A DNA stretch of 64,000 nucleotides from Octopus sinensis (taxonomy: Eukaryota), in contig NC_043002.1 in the NCBI RefSeq assembly GCF_006345805.1, positions 27,528,001 to 27,592,000 of the forward strand, in the 5' to 3' direction. Shown here piece by piece: positions 55,135 to 64,000 of the stretch (position 1 is its first letter; the number at the start of each line of letters is the position of its first letter). The translations under genes and the position numbers were made by a program. Below the pieces are notes generated by a model. That model was not told where the DNA came from. It saw only the letters and a list, made by a program, of their open reading frames with translations, and made no database searches.

Positions 55135-55328
55135 TTATAGGAGCAACTGTCTTCGAATACTCATATTGTCGTTTAATGCTCGAAATGGGAAGTAGATAGA
55201 CAGCCGACAAGCGATGAAGAGTCGTTCTTTATGTTACTTGCCCTGTTTTCAATTTGTTTCTCTCGTTGTTTGCGTATTGAACTCATTTGTTTTCGTATTT
55301 CATGTTTACTGTTGGTGACGTCCTGTAC

Positions 55329-55330
<2 letters not shown>
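55135..55330 (+). mobile_element. pLTR-like repeat containing a candidate permuted hammerhead (55160-55226)
   Basis: Homologous to both arms of 40048-40680; ends gacgtcctgtaccc followed by (AT)n. Confidence 0.75.
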
Positions 55331-55381
<51 letters not shown>

Positions 55382-55417
55382 CACACACACACACACCACA
55401 CACACACACACACACAC

Positions 55418-55465
<48 letters not shown>

Positions 55466-55590
55466 ATGGGGGTTTAGTTCACATGTGCTCTAAACGACTA
55501 GGTAAGTACTGTCACAGATTACTAGTGCTCCAGATTTATAGCCGAGGCGGTAGTTATGGAGTTATTGCAGATTTCCGATATAGCGGATAT

Positions 55591-55748
55591 ATAATTGCTA
55601 AAGGGACAACAAACGTTAAGGCAAGGTAAAGATCTGGGATATCACAGAAACTGCTGTAAAACTGTGAAATATTTTTCCAATAGTAATAACGTATATCACT
55701 TGAGATGTTTACCTTAGCTTAACGTTTGTCGTCCTCTTTAACAATTAT
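55591..55748. mobile_element. Small MITE-like inverted repeat (~46-bp arms)
   Basis: ataattgctaaagggacaacaaacgttaaggcaaggtaaagatct is near-complementary to agatgtttaccttagcttaacgtttgtcgtcctctttaacaattat. Confidence 0.7.
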
Positions 55749-57294
55749 ATATATATAAGATTTTCCCACTATCTGTGGGGAGACAAAATCGTTAACTCAA
55801 TTTCTATCAGATACAATTTCTTATTGTGGAGATATACCAGTAACAATTGTGATAGTATTACCACCATGAGCTGGAAGATGATTACCGTGCCTTAATGGTT
55901 TTTCAAAATTTTGCGACAAATGTTGTGCATAATTTCTCCTGAAATACAACAGCTGCAATGTCCGTGTGGATTCCTCCAAAATGGATTATCAGTTCAGCAA
56001 CAAATGAGTACACTTTTAAACATAAAAGGCAGCCCTAATCTGCTGGTGCCGTTCAACCCGAGTGCATATTCCATGTAAGTCTGCCAATATATTACTTTTC
56101 ATAGATGACAAGTCCGGCCTTTGATATAGTAATGCGTCTACAGACTGTACAGGTGAAACTATCCCAGGCCACTAAACGTTTAGGATCTTCAATATCCTTC
56201 AATTTTCGTACGTTATATTTCACTATTAGAGAGGCAATTCTGATTTTTTCAAAGCAAGCTGTTCTTGCTAGGTATAAACTGCTATTCTGTCCTATTTAAT
56301 GCGAGATGTTTCTAGTAAACAATGCTGGTGTTGAAGAAATTAAGATTGTTTCTTCTGTCGTTTGAGTCTCGAACGCTAACCGAGAATGAATTCTGAATTA
56401 AGTAACATCCTCGGAAGCTCAGAATTGTAGAGATGAATGATATGCCCAACCGACTACATATGGTTCTAGATGAGACCAGCTTCCATACTAAGTAGCTCAG
56501 TGTTCCAGCACATTGTACCAGATGTAAAAGATTTCCAACTAATGTTTAATACATACCTTTGACATTTCTGGTGAAATCTCACAAGTATTTCTATGTATCG
56601 TCCATAAATGGTTATGTAACGCGTAAGCATAGCAAAGCTTGATGAATAGTAGTTTAAAATACCCGATCACACTTGTTTTCCCAATATCTGAAGCATATAT
56701 GCAAACCTCTCAATTTCCGGTCACTTTCGAAATAAGAGAATCTTCTCTGAAGATATTACTAACAAAATATATAAAAGAATCAAATCTATTTTCTTCAAAA
56801 TATATATTTTCTTCAATTCAGTTATATCACAGTTTCTTATAAGACCAAAAGTAGGAAAATAACTAGAGAGAAGATAAATCTTCTCAATATCGTTTTCCGA
56901 TTAAGCCTAGAAATTGCGAACGTTATAAAGGTCTTTCATTTATCTTCGAAACGATTCTGACAAAAATGTTAGCGTGCGAGAGCGTATATGAATGAGTAGG
57001 TTCGTGCAAGCATATATATTCCTGCTTAACTTGGATTCAATTCTGTTATAACATCATTTTTATTAATCCTCACACAGTTAAATTTGCATGTTCAGCTATC
57101 AGATATTTAGCGGAAATAATTGCAGCACATAACTTAAGAAAATTTAGAGGGTATATTTATTAATTTAAAATTAAAAAAACATACCAATAAGGAGATTTGT
57201 GCGATTAACTATATTGATAATTGTCTTGGTGGTTAGTAATAATTTTAGAGATAGTAGAAGAAACACAGACACACAAAGATACATTCGCACTCGC

Positions 57295-57424
57295 AGCGTA
57301 TATACGTAGTTCTGGGTTCAGTCCCACTGCGTGACACCTTGAGCAAGTGTCCTACTATAGCCTCGGGCCGACCAAAGCCTTCTGTGTGGATTTGGAAGAT
57401 GGAAACTGAAAGACGCCCATCGTA

Positions 57425-57425
<1 letters not shown>
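57295..57425 (+). mobile_element. SINE family S2 5' part
   Basis: gggttcagtcccactgcgtgacaccttgagcaagtgtc...ggaaactgaaagacgccc. Confidence 0.8.
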
Positions 57426-57463
<38 letters not shown>

Positions 57464-57516
57464 ATATATATATATATATATATAGATATATATATATAAA
57501 AAATATATATATATAA

Positions 57517-57555
<39 letters not shown>

Positions 57556-57674
57556 GGATGTGTATGTTTTTGTAGATTTGTATGTGTTCATGTGTTCGTA
57601 TGAGACTTGCTCAGATGTGTCACGCAAGGGGACTGAACCCAGAACTACGTATATATATATACACGCACACACAC

Positions 57675-58027
57675 AAATTAAGAGGAGTGACCACCAAAGT
57701 GGATTCCTAATATGCTAATGATAAACGTCAAATCGCCTTACCACGAAGAGTGTGTTCTGGAGAAAATTCCAGCGAACGCCAGAATGTAAAAATGAGCAAG
57801 AGAACATGAAAATATACGCTGAAGAGTTTGCGGGTATTTACATTAGTAAATATTAACAAACAGAGGTACGTAGTGGATCGTTTTTATTTCAATTTCATTT
57901 GTCTTGCTCGTTTTTACATTCTGGCGTTTGCTGAAATTTTCTTGAGAAGAACTCTTCGTATTAAGGCGATTTGAGGTCTATCTTTAGCATATTAGGGCTC
58001 CACTTTGGTGGTCATTGCTTTTAATTT
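57675..58027. mobile_element. Inverted-repeat element (~135-bp arms) with a decayed hammerhead-like spacer
   Basis: Arms 57675-57812 and ~57890-58027 are near-complementary; spacer UACG-CUGAAGA-GUUUG...CAAAC-agagg-UA-CGUA. Confidence 0.7.
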
Positions 58028-59029
58028 CTATTTAATATAATTGTTAATCTTCGAATCTTTTAAATATGCTAAGCCACTGGTTTTAATTGATAAAAAATCA
58101 ATTTCTACCCTCATTTATATATATATACAGAGAGAGACAGACAGACAGACAGATAGATAGATATATATACACATATATATAGATATACATATATATATAA
58201 TAAATTTAAGTATGCATGTATTTATGTATGTATTTGTACTCTTTACTAAGATAATGAGTTGAGCATCTGATATTTTAAAGCATATTTAAGTCAAACATAT
58301 CCTCATAGTTAAAATAACTATGTGCCTTACCAGCTTGTCTGCTTGTGACATTTTAATCACCTATATGTGTTTTCACGTAGACACTTTCACAGAACTTGTC
58401 GTTCCAAGTCAATATTACAAGGCTACATTAGTTCTGTAGCTATTTTGACATCTTGCCACTTACACATATCAAATGGTCTTAATACCTTATACTGCCTCAC
58501 AAATTGAAAACGACAATTGTCGGAAACGCATCACTCACAAGTGAATATCCCTGGTGTATGAAACATCATTTTGGCTGCGAACATTTTATTCAACGACACT
58601 TATCAATTATTAGCCTATCAGTTTCTTAGATGTAATTACATCTCAGTTCAACGTGTATTGATATTAGACATTCTAAGAGCTGTTCATTTCACACCCATGT
58701 ATATATAGTCATAGATATATAATCATATGTGTGTATGTCTTAGTTTGCTCGCGATCACGTGTGTGTGCGCGCTCACGTACACACACCTCTATACATATAT
58801 TTTCATACATATATCATTATCATTATTGTTCTGACTATTAATATTGTTGTTGTTGTTGTTGCTGTTGTTGCTGTTGTTAGTCATATACACTCGACAGTAG
58901 AGACTGTTGCAAAAGAAAAGAATCCTAAAATCGTGCTGCAATAAGTTGTCTTAGAATCCAAGAACCCACTAACTGGTTACAGCATGTAACCTTAGATACC
59001 AAGAACCATCCTAATTATCATTATTATTG

Positions 59030-59049
59030 TTATTATTATTATTATTATT

Positions 59050-59088
<39 letters not shown>

Positions 59089-59346
59089 ATTATTATTATT
59101 AATATTATCAATATTGTTATCAAGACTGCGAGCTAGCAGAGTTGTTAGCGCGTCGGCCGCAATTCCATTTCGCCCGTCGCTACTTTGTGAGTTCAAATTC
59201 CGAAGAGATCATATTTACTTTTCATACTTTTAGAGTCGAAATTATTATTGCAATGTTATTATCAGTCATCTTCCTCCGTAATTATTATTATAGTTATTAA
59301 TATTATTATTTTTTTATTATTGTTATTATTGTTATTATTGTTGTTG

Positions 59347-59411
<65 letters not shown>

Positions 59412-59412
59412 G
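59030..59412. repeat. (TTA)/(TTG)n tracts surrounding a SINE S1 fragment (59128-59240)
   Basis: Directly visible; SINE head gcgagctagcagagttgttagc. Confidence 0.85.
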
Positions 59413-59414
59413 TA

Positions 59415-59605
59415 AGGTGGCAAGTTGGAAGAATCGTTACCACGCCTGGCGATATGTTTAGCAGTATTTCGTCCGTCGCTACGTTCTGAGTTCAAATTCC
59501 ACTTTTATCCATTCTAGGTCGATAAATTAAGTACCAGTGTTTCACTAGGGTCGATATAATCGACTAGTCCCCCCCCCAAATTCAGGGCCTTGTGCCTTTA
59601 GTAGG
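59415..59605 (+). mobile_element. SINE family S1 copy
   Basis: ggtggcaagttggaagaatcgtt...gttctgagttcaaattcc...gtcgataaattaagtacc. Confidence 0.85.
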
Positions 59606-59610
59606 AAGGA

Positions 59611-59665
<55 letters not shown>

Positions 59666-59821
59666 TGTGTGTTGTGTGGTGTGTGTGTGTGTGTGGGTGC
59701 GTTTGTGTGTGTATTATATATATAACGGGAAGCTTTATGAAAATAGACAAAAGACGAAGGCAGGTTTACGGAAATAAACAAAAGACGAAGGCAGGTGGAA
59801 TACAAACAAACAATTGTATTA

Positions 59822-59883
<62 letters not shown>

Positions 59884-60009
59884 GTGAGAGAGTTGGTATG
59901 TTGAAAGCATGCGTTTGGATGCATAAAAACAAAATAGAATGAAAAAACTACAGAAGATTTGTATTATATGGTTAAAAAATATAGTGAAATCATCATGTTA
60001 GGAAAACGT

Positions 60010-60275
60010 TTGTGAGGTGCCAGAGACTGAAGATGGAAACGTAACACCAGTATCCAAGCATAAAAAGCATTCTAAACGCTCTAAAATCATCAGGTCACCT
60101 GAATTTATCCAACCCATTGATTACAATCCCAGAGTGTCCATGAGGTCAATTACAAAAGATTCGCATGTGTCAGAAGGAATAGTCAGTAATGTTGTCCAGG
60201 ACGACATCAGATATAAGTCTTATATGATGAGGAAAGATAAATATGTCCGAAGAAGCAAAAATCACTACATCAGAT
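60010..60275 (+). mobile_element. maT/DD37D-like transposase N-terminal remnant
   Basis: IRSPEFIQ..IDYNPRVSMRSITKD..VSEGIV.NVVQDDIRYKSY is an HTH-type region. Confidence 0.7.
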
Positions 60276-60291
60276 GTATGTATATATAAAT

Positions 60292-60549
60292 GTATGTATA
60301 CATAAAGTGATTCTGTCTGTTTGTCCCATAAAGTGAAACTAAAATCAGACACCATCTCTTTATGACTTTCTTACTATGTCTCCTCTGTTCTCTCTCCCCA
60401 TCTATATTCTGTGTGTGTCTGCCTGTCTGTGTCTCTGCCATGCTACTTCAAAGAGATTCTGTCTCTTTGTGTGTCCTACAAAGTGAAACTAAAACCAGAC
60501 ACTTTCTGTCTATGATTTGCTGTCTTCTCTATCTCTATATTTTCCCTTT

Positions 60550-60618
<69 letters not shown>

Positions 60619-62468
60619 TCCTTTGTCGGTGAAGGGAGACTTCCATTTGATGAAGAACAGTTTTTACACACAATCCAATATGTAATTCATCTCATTCCGT
60701 CGATTATTTAGCGGATGAAATCTTTCCTTATCTTCTTCGTAATTACAACAATACAGATTGGATCTGTGACTGAGCTATCCTGAGTCCAAAAAATTTTGCA
60801 GTACGTAGCATTAAAATTATGCTATTGAACAAGCTTTCGGGAGAAATATTTCGCTTATAACTCAATTGACAGTGTTGTTGATGATCAGGATAGTGTTAAC
60901 CACGCCATCGAATTTTTGAACTCACTAGAACCACCAGGTACAGCTCCTCGTTGTCTTCAGCTGAAAAAAGGGGACTCCTATTATGCTATTGCGTAATTTG
61001 TCTCAACCAAAATATTGTGCAATAGTACAAGATTAAATGTGCACAAACTTATGAGGAACTGCACTGGTTGTGGTAATGGTGATACCGTCTTCATTCCTCG
61101 CATACCAGTTATGCCATCTAATGTCCCATTCCAATTTAAACGGTTACAGTTTCCTATCCGAGTTTCTTTTGCCATGAGCATTAATTAAAGTCACGGCCAA
61201 ACACAAAAAGTTGCTGGATTGCAACTTCAAGAACCATACTTTTCACATAGCCAACTTTATGTAGGAGTATCACGTTCACGTGTGTGAGCAAAAGCAAATC
61301 GTTTTGCTAATGCGCCACGAAATAAAACAAAAAGTATGGTTTATAAAGAAATACTCTTTCTTAATGCAACATGAATACTTCAATAACTTAATTTCCCATT
61401 ACTATCATTACAGTCAAGAATGACTAAGTTACCTATTATATAATTTCCATTACTGTATTGATAAATACAATAAAAAAATAAAACTCACTAATGTCATATA
61501 TTCAGCTGAACTATTTGTAGAGCAGTATTTGAAACTCGGTGAAGAGAAAGTTCCAACTGATGAAGAACAGTTTCTTACACTCAATGCAATATATAATTCA
61601 ACTGATTCCGTCGAGGATTTAATGTTTGAAACCTTTCCTAATCTTCTTCATAATTACAACAATATAGATTACATCTGTGACAGAGCTATCCTAGCTCCAA
61701 AAAATGTTTCTCCACATACTACTAATAATATGCTATTGAATAAACTTCCAGAAGTTTTCACTTATAACCAAATTGACAGGGTTGTTGATGGTTAGGATAG
61801 TGTCAATTACCGCATCGAATTCTTTAACTAACTATACCCACCAGGTACAGCTCATAGTTTTCAGTAATGCTATTACATATTTTGTCTCAACCAAAATTAT
61901 GCAATGGCAGAAGATTAATTGGGCACAAATTTTACTGACCCAAGTATTCTCACTGTTTGTAGTAAAGGCTTATGTATCCCGAAATAAAACAAAAATTTTT
62001 TTTCATAAAGGCATATTCAATTTTTATACAGCATGAATACTTCAATAAATTCATTTACCATTACTATCATTACATTCAAGAATGAATAAAATATCTATTT
62101 CAATGAGCTGTATTATATAATTGTCATTACTGTATCGATTAATAAAATAACACATACATCTCACTAATTATTTTCATGTACTAAACAAACAGAACTTCAT
62201 GTATAAAAATTATCTTTTTTCTACTTCAATTATTGCATATTATAAAAACATTATATCATTGCTATTACTGTATAGATTGGCATACCACAAAGAAACACAA
62301 GTTCATGTATAATATTGATCTTTCTTCTACTTCAATTATTACTTGTTTTCTCTTCTAAAAAATACACACATACAGGAGAAGTAAATTATTCATAAAATAA
62401 TACTTTCAATGTAGCTCCCGATGAACAGTAAAAATAATTACCCGAACAACGACGGGTTTTACAGTTAT
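60292..62468 (+). mobile_element. Helitron remnant with two tandem PIF1-helicase C-terminal fragments
   Basis: EFLNSLEPPG..LQLKKGTPIMLLRNL, RLQFPIRVSFAMSIN*SHGQT and SHSQLYVGVSR (60620-61340); second copy CDRAILAPKN (61520-62030); 3' hairpin acccgaacaacgacgggt (62440-62457); 5' end resembles that of 11094-11342. Confidence 0.88.
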
Positions 62469-62646
62469 TTTATATACATAACGTAAGGGGTATTAGCCAT
62501 CTGAATGTGGCTAGCCACTGGGGGGGGGGTTACTGATGCTTTTAGCCCCAGGCGATCAACGTCACCAGAAGGGCTTTAGACACTATCTCAGTGCCCTTGT
62601 GTTATTTGCAAAGGGAGGTCATCCTCCCTCGAAGACCCGAGTACTA

Positions 62647-62691
62647 CATACGGACTATAGTTTCAAGGTAATTGCCTCTCGTCAACGCATG
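62647..62691 (-). ncRNA. Type I hammerhead motif (U3, G10.1-U11.1 variant), arm 1 copy
   Basis: Reverse complement of 63005-63049; predicted cut between 62653 and 62652. Confidence 0.75.
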
Positions 62692-63004
62692 GTAAGCACC
62701 GGTCTTCGATGAAGGAGTCCCCTTTCAAATAAATACATAACGTTTTTCACAGCAACCACTGTCACTGATGTAGAAAAACTGTCTGAAAACAATAATAAAT
62801 CTCTGAACGAGATATAAACAGTAACCGCTCGACAACGTAAGGGGTATTAGCCATCTGAATGTGGCTAGCGGTTACTGTTTATATCTCGTTCAGAGATTTA
62901 TTATTGTTTTCAGACAGTTTTTCTACATCAGTGACAGTGGTTGCTGTGAAAAACGTTATATATTTATTTGCAAGGGGACTCCTTCATCGAAGACCGGTGC
63001 TTAC

Positions 63005-63049
63005 CATGCGTTGACGAGAGGCAATTACCTTGAAACTATAGTCCGTATG
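63005..63049 (+). ncRNA. Type I hammerhead motif (U3, G10.1-U11.1 variant), arm 2 copy
   Basis: CAUGCG-UUGACGA-GAGG(caauua)CCUU-GAAA-CUAUAG-UC^CGUAUG; palindromic stem III ACUAUAGU; predicted cut after 63043. Confidence 0.8.
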
Positions 63050-63279
63050 TAGTACTCGGGTCTTCGAGGGAGGATGACCTCCCTTTGCAAATAACGCAAG
63101 GGCACTGAGATAGTGTCTAATTCCTTCTGGTGACGTTGATCGCCTGGGGCTAAAAGCATCAGTAACCCCCCCCCCCCAGTGGCTAGCCACATTCAGATGG
63201 CTAATACCCCTTACGTTGTCGAGCGGTTACTGTTTATATCTCGTTCAGAGATTTATTATTTTATATATATATATATTCT

Positions 63280-63690
63280 TTTCTTTCTTTTATTCTTTTA
63301 CTTGTTTCAGTCATTTGACTGCGGCCATGCTGGAGCACCGCCTTCTAATAGAGCAACTCGACCCTGGGACTTATTCTTTTTTAAGCCCAGTACTTATGCT
63401 ATCGGTCTCTTTTGCCGAACCGCTAAGTAACGGGGGACATAAACACACCAGCATCGGTTGTCAAGCAATGCTAGGGGGACAAACACAGACACACAAACAC
63501 ACACAAATAAATATATATACATACATACGACAGGCTTCTTTCAGGTTCCGTCTACCAAATCCACTCACGAGGCATTGGTCGGCCCGAGGCTATAGTAGAA
63601 GACACTTGCCCAAGATGCCACGCAGTGGGACTGAACCCGTAACCATGTGGTTGGATAGCAAGCTACTTACCACACAGCCACACCTGCGCC
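63280..63690 (-). mobile_element. SINE family S2, well preserved
   Basis: Head ggcgcaggtgtggctgtgtggtaag, B box gggttcagtccc, tail gcggtgctccagcatggccgcag. Confidence 0.92.
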
Positions 63691-64000
63691 TATATATATA
63701 TATATACATACATATATATATATATATGTATGTATATGTGTGTGTACGTATGTATGTATACATACATACACACACACACACAACACACACACACCACACA
63801 CACACACACACACACCACACACACACACACCACACACCACACACACACACACACATATATACACATATATATATATATATATATATATATTCAAATTTGT
63901 ATTGTTATTTCGACAAAATCTGGGAGGGAGAACCGCTTTTATCGACATTGTAACATACTTTGAGGAAATACCGTTACTGAGGGAAGTTTTCACCTAATTG

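Larger units (their letters stand above)
62480..63260. mobile_element. Retrozyme-like 354/355-bp unit, two inverted longer-than-unit copies
   Basis: Arm 1 62480-62869 (terminal direct repeat 36 bp, period 354); arm 2 62867-63260 (terminal direct repeat 39 bp, period 355); the arms are reverse complements with different permutation points. Confidence 0.9.

Noticed and set aside
55800-56900. Possible hAT transposase remnant on the minus strand (GICTRVERH)
   Set aside because: Only a single degenerate motif; family assignment is not supportable.
60020-60050. CUGAAGA-UG-GAAA-CGUA hammerhead-like string
   Set aside because: No stem I or stem II pairing, and it lies inside transposase coding remnant; likely chance.
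62800-62845. Second HHR-like motif CUGAACGA...CUC-GACAACGUA on the opposite strand of the 354-bp unit
   Set aside because: It needs two core insertions and has only 2-3 bp stems; the other strand carries a much better hammerhead.

Overview
Eukaryotic, AT-rich, extremely microsatellite- and transposon-dense DNA. The SINE families and repeat style resemble Octopus; this is recognition from memory, not a database result. I find no intact protein-coding gene. Most ORFs in the track are microsatellite artefacts and the rest are transposon remnants: R4/Dong-like, RTE, CR1/L2-like and Penelope-like retroelements, Tc1/mariner, hAT and Helitron DNA transposons, and three tRNA-derived SINE families. 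The main signal is RNA-level. Hammerhead-ribozyme (HHR) motifs occur in at least six unrelated small repeat families plus the 3' repeat of a Penelope-like element (RT + GIY-YIG). Several of these families sit as inverted duplications beside (TA)n tracts. Two cases stand out. One is a candidate non-circularly permuted (pseudoknotted) hammerhead family (55160-55226; 40048-40680) whose inversion junction falls at the predicted cleavage site. The other is a 354-355 nt rod-like retrozyme-like unit present as two inverted, longer-than-unit, differently permuted copies (62480-63260), as expected from copying a circular or tandem RNA. All folds were derived by hand and none has been tested for cleavage. 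Coordinates of degraded elements are approximate.
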